Origin: Candidatus Parcubacteria bacterium
GTDB taxonomy: Bacteria; Patescibacteriota; Minisyncoccia; Phycocordibacterales; CAIJYI01
Length of the DNA stretch: 64,000 nt
Assembly: GCA_026395595.1 (NCBI GenBank)
Contig: JAPLYL010000001.1
Location: forward strand, 6,174-70,173
Direction: 5' to 3'
Shown: positions 48,331 to 58,182 of the stretch, piece by piece
How positions within the stretch are numbered: position 1 is the stretch's first letter
Layout of the letters: every line of letters starts with the position of its first letter
The notes under the pieces: generated by a model
Seen by the model: the letters and a program-made list of their open reading frames with translations, nothing else
The model's database searches: none
What the model was told of the DNA's origin: nothing
Program-made: the position numbers and the translations under genes

Positions 48331-51300
48331 TTATGATTGATCCGATTTTCCAAGATCAATATCCATAGCCAATCCCCGAAGCGATGCAAGAAGCACGCTG
48401 AACGATGCCGGAATATTGGGGTGTTTTATATTCTCGCCCTTAATAATGGAATCAAATGCGGCGGTTCTTCCGACGATATCGTCTGATTTAACGGTAAGCA
48501 TTTCTTGAAGCGTATAGGCTGCGCCATACCCTTCCAAAGCCCAGACTTCCATTTCTCCAAATCTCTGTCCTCCTCCTTGAGCTTTTCCTCCAAGTGGCTG
48601 TTGAGTAATGAGAGAGTAAGGTCCGATGGAACGCATGTGAATCTTGTCTTCCACCATGTGATGAAGCTTCATGATATACATGTAACCGACGGAAACATCC
48701 TGCTCAAACTTTTCTCCCGTTCTTCCGTCGTAGAGTTTCACTTTTCCATTGGAAGGAACTCCGGCTTTCACTAATTCGGCTTTTACTTCATCATCAGAAA
48801 CACCAAGGAAAGGAGGAGTAATTGCCTGATAGTTTAATTTTGATGCGGCCAATCCCAAGTGAAGTTCAAATATCTGTCCGAGGTTCATACGAGAAGGAAC
48901 ACCGAGAGGAGTGAGAATCATGTCTACCGGTTCTCCGTCTTCGGTGTACGGCATTTCTTCAACCGGAAGAATCTTGGAAATAACTCCTTTGTTTCCGTGT
49001 CGTCCCGCGAGCTTGTCTCCGACGGTGACCGCTCGGATCTGTGCGACTTCAATATGAATGCTTTGGATTATGCCTGACTCAAGCGCGTCTCCCTTATCGC
49101 GAGAGAACACTTTGACGCCGACGATACGTCCGCGTTTGCCGTGCTCCATGCGAAGAGACGTGTCTTTCACGTCGCGCGCTTTGTCGCCAAAGAGAGATCT
49201 CAAGAGTCTTTCTTCTGGTGTCAACTGAGTTTCGCCTTTCGGTGTAATCTTTCCGACAAGAATGTCTCCGGGGCGTACCTCGGCGCCGATGCGAATAATA
49301 CCGTTTTCATCCAAGTCTTTGAGTTTTGCTTCACCGACATTTGGGATATCGGGAGTAGTCATTTCGGGCCCAAGTTTGGTATCGCGAACATTCACGGAGA
49401 ACTCTTCAATATGTATCGTCGTGAATTTATTGTTCTCAACCAATCTTTCAGAAAGAATGATGGCGTCTTCGTAGTTCGCTCCATTCCAAGACATGAACGC
49501 GATTCTGATGTTTTGTCCGAGTGCGAGCTGTCCATCATCGGTCGTGGACATGTCGGCAATAACTTCCCCTTTCTTCACTTTCTGACCGACAGAAACGGAT
49601 GGTCTCTGGTGGAGAATAACAAAGCTGTTCGTACGAGAGAAATTTACCAGCGTATAAAGCTGTTCTTTGTTTTGTTTGTTTTTAACGCGAATCTTTCGGC
49701 TGTCAACATAGGTTACGGTTCCGTCTTCTTCCGCGAGGATCATGCGTCCGCCGTCACGAGCAGCCGTTTCTTCAATTCCGGTAGCCACAAAAGGCGCTTC
49801 CGGCACGAGACACGGAGTCGCTTGTCTTTGCATGTTTGAACCCATGAGGGCGCGGTTGGCGTCGTTGTGTTCCAAGAAAGGAATCATAGAAGTCGCAACG
49901 GAGAAGCCTTGGTTCGGAGCAACGTCAATAAAGTCAACTTCTTTTTTGTTGACCAAAATCGGATGAGAACCGAAACGAACCTCAACGTTTTCTTCAATTA
50001 TTTCACCGTCTTCCGAATACTGGGTTGCGCCGTGCGCAATTTTGAATCCTTCTTCTTCCAAAGCGTTAAAGAAAAGAATTTCTTTCGTAATTTTTCCTTT
50101 TACGACTTTTGCATAAGGCGTTTCAATAACACCGAATTCGTTGATGCGAGCATACACGGCAAGACGAAGAATAAGACCGATGTTCGGACCTTCCGGAGTA
50201 TGAATGGGACAAAGGCGTCCGTAGTGGGAGGGATGCACGTCGCGAACTTCAAAACCGGCGCGCTCGCGAGTGAGTCCTCCGGGGCCTAATGCGGAAAGTG
50301 TTCGGAGATGCTCAATTTCAGCAAGAGCGTTCTCTTGGTTCATAAACTGAGAGAGCTGGTTGGTGGCAAAGAATTCTTTAATACGAGCTTGAAGAGGACG
50401 AGGACTGATGAAAGAGATAGGAGCGAGCACATCGGGTTCCGCGGTAGACATTCTGTCTTGGATGTTTCTTTTCATCTGAGACATACCGACGCGAATCTTC
50501 TGTTGGAACATCTCACCGACGTATCGGACACGGCGAAGACCGAGGTGGTCAATGTCGTCATGAGCCGCTCCCGGAGTGTTATTCTGATCTATAATATGTA
50601 TAACGATGGAAACAACATCCTCAAAAGAGAGTGTTCGGCGAGCCAGATCTTCTTCTCCCATCTCTTTATTGAAACGTTTGTTGAAACGAAGGCGTCCGAC
50701 CGGTGAAAGATCATATTTTTCTTTGCTGAAAATTGCATTAACGAATTCTTTCGCATTGTCAGCGGTCGCTAAATCACCATCGCGGAGACGTTTGTAAATT
50801 TCAATATAAGAATCGTCTTTTGAGGCGGCGGCATCTTTCGCGAGTGACATTTTTATGGCATCAAGCGCGAGCGGATGATCTTTAAAGGCAGAAAGGATAC
50901 CTTCTTTTTGACCATCACCGAAGACTTTAAGAAGCAAGGTAACGGGGAATTTTCTTTTTCGATCAATGCGGACATGAATTCCCATGTCGTTATCGGTTTC
51001 AAATTCAACCCATGCTCCGCGAGCAGGAATAATTTTCGCGCCGAATATCTTTTTCCCGCGGAATTCATTGGCGGTAAAGAATACGCCGTATGAACGGGCG
51101 AGTTGGGGAACGATAACGCGTTCAACGCCATTGATGATGAAAGTGCCATGCTCCGTCATGAGCGGGAAATCAGCCATAAAAAGCTCTTGCTCTTTTTCTT
51201 TGCCGAGAGTTTTGTTGACAAGGCGAACCTTCACGCGAAGAGGCGCTTCGTAAGTAAGCTTGTTTTGCTTGGCGAAGAATTCATCATACTTCGGAGGAAG

Positions 51301-51492
51301 AAGCTCTAAAGAAACAAATTCCAGAGAGAATTTCTTATCGGAATAGTCCCGCATCGGAGAAAATTCTTTAAAAATCTCAACCAGACCCTTATCAAGAAGA
51401 GTCTTGTAGGAGTCCATCTGCGCTTCTACGAGATTCGGCGATTCAGTGAGGGGCTTTTGATACAGCGAAAAATATTTTTTCTCTCTTTTCAT
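48331..51492 (-). CDS. rpoB: RNA polymerase beta subunit
   Basis: GTFIINGVERV, RDVHPSHYGRLCP, GDKLAGRHGNKG, GQRFGEMEVWALE. Confidence 0.99.
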   Translation of the reverse strand: MKREKKYFSLYQKPLTESPNLVEAQMDSYKTLLDKGLVEIFKEFSPMRDYSDKKFSLEFVSLELLPPKYDEFFAKQNKLTYEAPLRVKVRLVNKTLGKEKEQELFMADFPLMTEHGTFIINGVERVIVPQLARSYGVFFTANEFRGKKIFGAKIIPARGAWVEFETDNDMGIHVRIDRKRKFPVTLLLKVFGDGQKEGILSAFKDHPLALDAIKMSLAKDAAASKDDSYIEIYKRLRDGDLATADNAKEFVNAIFSKEKYDLSPVGRLRFNKRFNKEMGEEDLARRTLSFEDVVSIVIHIIDQNNTPGAAHDDIDHLGLRRVRYVGEMFQQKIRVGMSQMKRNIQDRMSTAEPDVLAPISFISPRPLQARIKEFFATNQLSQFMNQENALAEIEHLRTLSALGPGGLTRERAGFEVRDVHPSHYGRLCPIHTPEGPNIGLILRLAVYARINEFGVIETPYAKVVKGKITKEILFFNALEEEGFKIAHGATQYSEDGEIIEENVEVRFGSHPILVNKKEVDFIDVAPNQGFSVATSMIPFLEHNDANRALMGSNMQRQATPCLVPEAPFVATGIEETAARDGGRMILAEEDGTVTYVDSRKIRVKNKQNKEQLYTLVNFSRTNSFVILHQRPSVSVGQKVKKGEVIADMSTTDDGQLALGQNIRIAFMSWNGANYEDAIILSERLVENNKFTTIHIEEFSVNVRDTKLGPEMTTPDIPNVGEAKLKDLDENGIIRIGAEVRPGDILVGKITPKGETQLTPEERLLRSLFGDKARDVKDTSLRMEHGKRGRIVGVKVFSRDKGDALESGIIQSIHIEVAQIRAVTVGDKLAGRHGNKGVISKILPVEEMPYTEDGEPVDMILTPLGVPSRMNLGQIFELHLGLAASKLNYQAITPPFLGVSDDEVKAELVKAGVPSNGKVKLYDGRTGEKFEQDVSVGYMYIMKLHHMVEDKIHMRSIGPYSLITQQPLGGKAQGGGQRFGEMEVWALEGYGAAYTLQEMLTVKSDDIVGRTAAFDSIIKGENIKHPNIPASFSVLLASLRGLAMDIDLGKSDQS

Positions 51493-51892
51493 AATAGGGC
51501 TCAGTGAATAATAAAAGAATTATAGAGACAAAAAAATTCCCAACCCTGTCTAAAAAGGCCTCGGAATTCTTTATTAATCTTTATAATTCAAATGCAAGCA
51601 ATTGTGAAGCTTGGTTAGCTAAAAAACGAGCGTTTCTTCAGCCATGAACTCATCCTAAAAACGTAACTACAAGTATACTCCAGCAGGATTTTTTTGTCAA
51701 ATGCAAAAAAGTCAATAAACGCTTAAAAACGGCGTTTTTTTCTTCGCTCTTCCCTTTTAAGGCTAATAACCTAGACTTTTTATTCGGAACCAAAACAAAA
51801 CACCGATTTTAACATAAATCAACCTGTGGATAAATACCATTTTCCAAACAAAAATCCCGCCCTTTTTGAAATAATGGGCGGGATTTTTAAAA

Positions 51893-52204
51893 TTATCGTT
51901 TTTCAAGAACTTCAACCCGCCGAACAACCTTATCAAACTCGTTCCGATGTACCGTTTCGTCCAGACTCAAAAGAGTTCCCATCTGCTTCTTCTCAAGCGA
52001 AGAAAGACGACGATTGGTTTCCCCTTGTTCAATAGTGAGATTAGTAAGGCGAGAATCTATGCCATCAAGACGAGAGTCTATGCCGTCAAGACGGGAATTA
52101 ACGGAAGAAAATTTTTGTTCAATTTTTTCAAACCCGTCTACTACAAGGCGCGCGACCATTTCAATACCGGTTTCTTTTTCTTTCATTTTTATTTCTTTTT
52201 TCAT
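51893..52204 (-). CDS. Small coiled-coil protein with 21-bp tandem repeats; paralog of 61213-61569
   Basis: (DSRLDGI)n heptads; shared C-terminus ETNRRL..KKQ.GT.LSLDETVHRNEF. Confidence 0.8.
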   Translation of the reverse strand: MKKEIKMKEKETGIEMVARLVVDGFEKIEQKFSSVNSRLDGIDSRLDGIDSRLTNLTIEQGETNRRLSSLEKKQMGTLLSLDETVHRNEFDKVVRRVEVLEKR

Positions 52205-52228
52205 GGAAGTTTTTGAGTGTGCTGTTTT

Positions 52229-54679
52229 CTATTTCTTCTTCGTCGTTTTTGCGGTTGTTGTAGCTTTAGTATCTTCTTTTACCCCCAACGATGAAAGCGG
52301 AGCATATCCATTTTCAAGATTCTTGATGATCTGCGCAACCTCTTTGTTATCTGGGTTCAATTTCTGAATATCCTTGAACTCTTTCAAGGCATCTTCTTTT
52401 TGTCCGAATTTAAAGTAAGAAAGTCCGAGGAAGTATTTTGCGTTGGAGTAATCGGGGGTCAACTGTATGGCTTTTTCAAGAGCCGTCGCGGCTGATTCGT
52501 AATTACCTGTCTGATAACGCAGGTATCCTAACTGAAAGAGAACCATCGGATCGGAAAAATTGATGGCGGAGGCTTTTTCCATAACATCAAGGGCTTTGCC
52601 GGAATCTCCGGTGCTTCCCTCTATCTGAGCCATGAGGATCAAGGCGTCAGAGTAATCGTTTTTCAGATCAAGCGCTTTTTTCAAGAAGGTTTTTGCCTCA
52701 TCGTTTTGTTTATTCAGCAAAGCAAGCTGGGCCATCGTATAAGGAATCTGAGGATTGTAAGGATTTCTTTTTGCCGCTTGTTCATATGATGCCTTTGCTT
52801 GAATATACGCATCCCCCGAAACACCTTTGATATTCAACGGAATCAAAACGAAATACATATTTCCGAGAACGATCCAGTTCATGTAGTTTGAACTATCCAT
52901 TAAAATAGCTTTGTTCGCTCCCGTGATGGAGTTTTGGAAATTTGTTCCGAATTGAGTACGAATCTGGTCTGCCGAGAGATCTTTGCTGGCAAGAACTTGC
53001 TGCGCTTGATATGAACTCAAGAGGGCAAAAGAACGATAGTACGTATCATTTTGAGAAAGAGATAAAGCCTTTTCTAATTCAACATTTGCTTTTTTAAAAT
53101 CTCCGGCATTTCCCGCAATCATAGCGTTGCGATATAAGAAGAAAGAGCGCGCTCTTTGAATCGTGTAATAACCGAGAGCGGTTCCTGATCCAAGCAGTAA
53201 AAGCAGAGCGACCACAAAAGCAAAACCAACTCGAGGGTTTTGAGAATAATCGTATTCATTGACTTGAGGCAATCCTGAAGCAGAAATGGTTCCCAAGAAA
53301 AGCCCGGTGAGAACAAAAGCAAAAATAAAAGGAACGACCCCAACGGTGTTCGTACAAATTATGCTCCAGCTATACACCGCTCCGATAAAAGAAGCGAGCG
53401 AAGCATATTGAACGATTGGATCCATATAGGCAAATCTCTTTCGTAACGCGCGAAAACCGCCAACAAGAAAAAGAAGAAGAAAAGCTACCCACCCAAGAAA
53501 ACCAAGAATTCCGGAGGTAACCGCAGTAGAAGACAAAGAACCGACTCCCTCGTTGAAATCAACTCCCCACCATGGCGTATAGTTTACTTCTACCGGGCGA
53601 TATTGCTGCCACGGAATAAAGAAACGATTCGGCCCAACACCCAAAAATCCATCTTTTATATTTTCAGTAATCACAGAACGAGAGATATTGAGCGTCCCCG
53701 ACCATGAAGGTCTGACATCTTGTACCGGAGGCAAGCCTATAATATCAAACAATTTGGCGTTAATGTTCATTCCAAAAAAAACGAAGAGAACGGAAACGGC
53801 AGCAACTATGAACGACGGAGATAATAGCCATTTTTTTGCAATGGAAGCGCTTCCCAAGGGAATTTCTTTCGTCGCGCTAAAAAAGACAAAAACAGAGAGA
53901 GCAAAAGAAATTATGGCAAGAATAATCCAAGAATTTCCAAAAAAGACAAGAGAATGGAAGAAAAGACCGGCAACAAGAAAAATATAAAACATTCCTCTTG
54001 TGTTCTTTCTGAGAGGAAACTTCTCTAACGCAACAAGAGCGAGTATCGCAATGATGCCGGAAAAAATACCGAGGTCATTCCATCCTCCGACAAGATTCGC
54101 TGTTTTATCGGCCGTAATAGAGAGAAAAACCGCCTTTGGAAACACAAAATGAAAAATCTGAAAAAGAAAGACGGCGACAAACGAGCCAGCCATTGCCATA
54201 AAAGCAAAAAACATTTGTTTTTTTGCCCTGAAAAATATCGCGATCAAAAGTGTGAGTACGCTCAAAAGAAACAGTTCAAACGAAGTCGTAATCTCTGCCC
54301 CAGTCCCAAAGAAGGAAGCAGAAAAACTTCCGGAAAAAAGAGAGGAAAGCGAGTATATAATGACAAGAAAAGTTAAAGCGCCAAAAACGGGACTCTTGGG
54401 AAGAACAATAACTTCTTTTTTAATCCACAAGAAAAAAGTGAGAATGACGGTAGAAATGACCGCAAAAGAAAGCAGTACATTCTTGGCATAACTAAAAGCG
54501 ACGCCGTTGAGCGGTAAGAAAAAAAATGGCATCAAAGCGATGAAACTAACAAGAATTCCGACAATGGATCTTTCAAGAAGAGTTTTTCCTGCGCCGATCT
54601 CGGCTCCATGATTCGGTTCATGAATGTAAACCTCCTCGTAAACTATTCCCTCAATTATTTCTTGCGATTCTTCGTTCAT
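52229..54679 (-). CDS. Polytopic membrane protein with C-terminal TPR repeats (O-antigen ligase-like + TPR architecture)
   Basis: About 12 hydrophobic segments, LGVGPNRF loop, TPR motifs (ALEKAIQLTPDYSNAKYFLG). Confidence 0.85.
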   Translation of the reverse strand: MNEESQEIIEGIVYEEVYIHEPNHGAEIGAGKTLLERSIVGILVSFIALMPFFFLPLNGVAFSYAKNVLLSFAVISTVILTFFLWIKKEVIVLPKSPVFGALTFLVIIYSLSSLFSGSFSASFFGTGAEITTSFELFLLSVLTLLIAIFFRAKKQMFFAFMAMAGSFVAVFLFQIFHFVFPKAVFLSITADKTANLVGGWNDLGIFSGIIAILALVALEKFPLRKNTRGMFYIFLVAGLFFHSLVFFGNSWIILAIISFALSVFVFFSATKEIPLGSASIAKKWLLSPSFIVAAVSVLFVFFGMNINAKLFDIIGLPPVQDVRPSWSGTLNISRSVITENIKDGFLGVGPNRFFIPWQQYRPVEVNYTPWWGVDFNEGVGSLSSTAVTSGILGFLGWVAFLLLFLVGGFRALRKRFAYMDPIVQYASLASFIGAVYSWSIICTNTVGVVPFIFAFVLTGLFLGTISASGLPQVNEYDYSQNPRVGFAFVVALLLLLGSGTALGYYTIQRARSFFLYRNAMIAGNAGDFKKANVELEKALSLSQNDTYYRSFALLSSYQAQQVLASKDLSADQIRTQFGTNFQNSITGANKAILMDSSNYMNWIVLGNMYFVLIPLNIKGVSGDAYIQAKASYEQAAKRNPYNPQIPYTMAQLALLNKQNDEAKTFLKKALDLKNDYSDALILMAQIEGSTGDSGKALDVMEKASAINFSDPMVLFQLGYLRYQTGNYESAATALEKAIQLTPDYSNAKYFLGLSYFKFGQKEDALKEFKDIQKLNPDNKEVAQIIKNLENGYAPLSSLGVKEDTKATTTAKTTKKK

Positions 54680-54791
54680 AATGCATATAAAATTAACCCA
54701 CTAGTATATTTTTTTATTTTACCAAAAATCAACAAGGAGAGTAAAGGGAAAACTTCTAAAAATTCCCCAAGGGAAATCCTTGGGGAATTTT

Positions 54792-55463
54792 TTACTTGTT
54801 TTTGCTCGTTTTCCATTCTTCTATCTTTTTGTGGTCGCCGGAGAGAAGAACTTCGGGGACTTTGTATTTCTTTTTTTGATACGTAAACACTTCCGGGCGG
54901 GTGTAGACTTCGTGGCTGGAAATGCGATTTTCTTCCAATGAAGCGAACTTGCCCAAAACACCTTCTATCTGGCGAGAAACGGCATCCATAAAAACCATCG
55001 CCGGCAATTCCCCGCCAGTCAAAACGTATTCGCCGATGGAAACGTCTTCCGCTTTCAAAATTTTCTTTACACGGGCATCAATACCTTCATATCGTCCGCA
55101 AATAAGAATGATATCGGTATATTTTTTATCAATGCAGCCTTTTGCATAAGTATTCGTGAAATTTGTTCCGCCAGGGGAGAAAATAATGATTTTGAACTTA
55201 CGTTTTGCGTTCGCCCGGCCTTTCGCTTTTGCTACGGCGCGAAGCACGGGGCCCGGCAGCAAAACCATTCCCGGACCTCCGCTGTACGGTCGGCCGTCCA
55301 CTTTTTTCCGCCAGCCATTCTCGCCGACAATCTCGGCATAGTCGCGGGGAGTATATGTTTTTATTTTTATGAATTTCTTGTCTTGCGCCCGCGACAAAAT
55401 AGACTCGCTGATGTAGGAGGTGAGAGATTCGGGAAATAAAGTGATGACATGAAAAGTAAGCAT
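54792..55463 (-). CDS. trmD: tRNA (guanine-N1)-methyltransferase
   Basis: ITLFPE, GGPGMVL, CGRYEGIDAR, SIGEYVLTGGEL, VPEVLLSGDH. Confidence 0.97.
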   Translation of the reverse strand: MLTFHVITLFPESLTSYISESILSRAQDKKFIKIKTYTPRDYAEIVGENGWRKKVDGRPYSGGPGMVLLPGPVLRAVAKAKGRANAKRKFKIIIFSPGGTNFTNTYAKGCIDKKYTDIILICGRYEGIDARVKKILKAEDVSIGEYVLTGGELPAMVFMDAVSRQIEGVLGKFASLEENRISSHEVYTRPEVFTYQKKKYKVPEVLLSGDHKKIEEWKTSKNK

Positions 55464-55636
55464 ATAGTTCTTTCGTGATACGAAAATAACACAAAAGCCA
55501 CCAAATGTAAATGGTGGCTTTGTTTTATCACAAAAAGAAAATCCTGCACATTTGTGCAGGATTTGATCATGGTGACCACTTTAACTTCGTCAAAGGGCTA
55601 AGACCAAAGGGTCAAAAAGAACTAAGCGACTAATTT

Positions 55637-56185
55637 CTAAGTACTTGTGAGCACGAGGGACGGACAGTCTGCGCCCCGACCATTGCCGAGCCAGTAGTAG
55701 TACCAGTCCCAACGCCCGTCATCCCGGTACAGATACAGGGCACAGCGGCGGTCGCTCAGGCTGCGAAGAATCGTTCCTTGAAGTTCAAACCACGTAATTC
55801 CTTTTTCTTTGTAAAGATATTCGAGCTTTTTTTGACCTTCTTCTTCGTAAAGAACTTGACCAATCTTTGCATCAGCGAGAATGTGCCCCGCTCTTGCGTG
55901 ACGTTTGAGTTTTTCTTCGCCGGTGATGTAGGTTTCGCCGGATTTGAGACAAGTTTCAAAAGAAATTTTGTCAAAATCGATCTCGGTCAGAGCAAGCGAA
56001 CGTTGATCTTGTTGTTCTTCACCATTAAGACCATCGCCATCCACGGGACCTTTCCAAATAGACCAGCCGGAGCCGATGAATTTGGCGGGGTCGAATAGAG
56101 CGGTACGGCCAATAATGAGTATGTGATCTTGTTTTTCCAAGTTATCGGCAAGATTACGTAAAAATGCAATTACTGCTTTTTTCAT
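55637..56185 (-). CDS. Hypothetical protein with a C-terminal DGR variable-region-like segment
   Basis: GAGG RBS, TTGACA promoter; last 40 or so codons are GC-rich and encode RCALYLYRDDGRWDWYYYWLGNGRGADCPSLVL. Confidence 0.8.
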   Translation of the reverse strand: MKKAVIAFLRNLADNLEKQDHILIIGRTALFDPAKFIGSGWSIWKGPVDGDGLNGEEQQDQRSLALTEIDFDKISFETCLKSGETYITGEEKLKRHARAGHILADAKIGQVLYEEEGQKKLEYLYKEKGITWFELQGTILRSLSDRRCALYLYRDDGRWDWYYYWLGNGRGADCPSLVLTST

Positions 56186-56347
56186 TTCAATGTCCTCTAA
56201 AAATTTGGTTTGCTTTTTATTTTAAACACGGTGTTTAAAAAAACAGGTGTTATAACCGAAATTTAATTTATCATATTAAAGTCTATTTGTCAAACAAAAG
56301 CCACCCCCTTTCAAGAGTGGCTTTTGCAATTCAATATAATTTGAAAA

Positions 56348-56671
56348 TTAGAGTTTCAAATCTTCCAATGCGTCTTCAACGGATTGGGTAGCTGAGTGGG
56401 AGGCGGCACCTCTTGTGCTTCCGGCCGGCTCATTTACCTTCAAGGTAACGCGAGCGTGATTTTTCATTCCAACGACGCGAAGAAGGGATCTGATGGCTTG
56501 CGCCGTCTTTCCTCCGCGACCGATAATTTTGCCCATATCTGCCGGGTCAACATCGAGGATCAAAAGTACCCCCATTTCGTCAACGGTTCGGTTGATCTTT
56601 ACAGCAGACGGATTGTCTACCAAGCTTTTAACAACAAACTCAAGAAAATCATGATCTAAATGCTTTTCCAT
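56348..56671 (-). CDS. khpA: KH-domain RNA-binding protein (KhpA/YlqC)
   Basis: LVDNP, DMGKIIGRGGKTAQAIRSLL; located downstream of rpsP. Confidence 0.92.
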   Translation of the reverse strand: MEKHLDHDFLEFVVKSLVDNPSAVKINRTVDEMGVLLILDVDPADMGKIIGRGGKTAQAIRSLLRVVGMKNHARVTLKVNEPAGSTRGAASHSATQSVEDALEDLKL

Positions 56672-56848
56672 ATTACTGATTCTTATCGTTTCTTTTAAAA
56701 GGACGTGTTGTCCTATTGTTAACGACAGGCGGTTGTCGACCAAAACAACCGCTTATCCTTGTGTTCAATTATACTCAGATTTTGTTAAAAGTCAACGCAA
56801 AAAAAGAGCCCACCCTGTGGATAGCTCTTTTATGAGGTTCTTTTTACT

Positions 56849-57151
56849 CTAGGCAGCCGCGGGGGTTTCCTTTCTGATGGGAGATTTCTTGGAAAGAACG
56901 TTTATTTTCTTTCCTGAGATAATCTTTGATGAAATAAGAAGATTATGGACGGTTCCAGACGGTTTTGCTCCTACTGACATCCAATAAGCTACTCGGTCGC
57001 CTTTAATGACGGGCTCTCCTTGGCGAGCATTGTAAGATCCGAGGATCTCTTTGAATTTATTGCTTCGCGTAGCATTTTTGGAATCGGTCAAAACTACCCG
57101 AAAAGAGGGGTCGTTCTTCCTTCCTACTCTCTGTAATCTAATTTTTAACAT
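56849..57151 (-). CDS. rpsP: 30S ribosomal protein S16
   Basis: MLKIRLQRVGRKNDPSFRVV; YWMSVGAKPSGTV. Confidence 0.97.
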   Translation of the reverse strand: MLKIRLQRVGRKNDPSFRVVLTDSKNATRSNKFKEILGSYNARQGEPVIKGDRVAYWMSVGAKPSGTVHNLLISSKIISGKKINVLSKKSPIRKETPAAA

Positions 57152-57274
57152 ACCGGTTATGTTAGCATAAAGAAATTCAAAGTCAATCCCGTATTTTACC
57201 ATCACTCTTGATTTTTTTCTGGAAGTATGCTAGAATGGTTCCAATATCGTTAATTACCTAATAATAAGCATTCT

Positions 57275-57859
57275 ATGAGAGATTTTCACAAAGACAACAA
57301 AGGAGGATTCGGCGGAGGAAGAAGCTTCGGCGGAGACAGAGGCGGATTCAGCGGAGGACGCGGAGGAAGAGATTCCGGTGGCCGTGGCGGATTCGGAGGA
57401 GGAAGAGACCGGGAAGACCGCGAAATGCATTCAGCAACCTGTGCGAAATGTGGAAAGTCTTGCCAAGTTCCCTTTCGCCCAACTGGCGACAAGCCGGTAT
57501 ATTGCAGCGATTGTTTCAAAAACAAGGACGGAGGAATGAGCCCTCGCAGAGATGAAGGAAGAAGCTTTGAAAGAAGCGAACAACCTTCATTCAACAGCCG
57601 ACCGTCTTTTGAAAACAAAGGTGCCGACAACAGAGAGGAATTCAGAGCTATCAACGACAAGCTTGAAAAGATTATGAAATTGCTCTCCAAAGATATGCCT
57701 GCTCCGACTCCTGCTCCTAAAGCAGACAAGCCGGAAGTAAAAGCAATGAAAGTTGCTGCAGTCGTAGAAGAGGCTATCGGAAAAAAGATTACCAAAAAGA
57801 AAGAAACGGTTAAAGAAATTGCCAAGCCTAAAAAAACAGCAAAAGCAAAGAAGAAATAA
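57275..57859 (+). CDS. CxxC-x17-CxxC domain protein with RGG-rich N-terminus and Lys-rich tail
   Basis: MHSATCAKCGKSCQVPFRPTGDKPVYCSDCF. Confidence 0.9.
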   Translation: MRDFHKDNKGGFGGGRSFGGDRGGFSGGRGGRDSGGRGGFGGGRDREDREMHSATCAKCGKSCQVPFRPTGDKPVYCSDCFKNKDGGMSPRRDEGRSFERSEQPSFNSRPSFENKGADNREEFRAINDKLEKIMKLLSKDMPAPTPAPKADKPEVKAMKVAAVVEEAIGKKITKKKETVKEIAKPKKTAKAKKK

Positions 57860-58182
57860 ACGAATAGAATAATAACAAAATAAAAAAATAGAAAGATTAT
57901 TGCCACCGGCGTAATCTTTTTATTTTTTACTAGGCAACAAAAAAAAGCTTGCCTTAAGACAAACTATTTTTTTGTCTTTGTTTCGCGTATCAAAACGCGT
58001 TATGCGCCTGATATATCTGGAAACAAATTTGACCTCTTTTCCTAATTAGAAAAAAGAGAATGTAATGAAAGTACTCTGTTCTGTATTCAGTATACCTCAC
58101 GCAAAAGAGTGAAATCAAGAATGGTTTGTGGATAAAACGATTTTTCGTATACATAAAAGACTTTTTGTGTTACTCTATTTAC

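Noticed and set aside
44585-51492. Inteins or introns in rpoB/rpoC
   Set aside because: Both ORFs are continuous and compact, with no large insertions.
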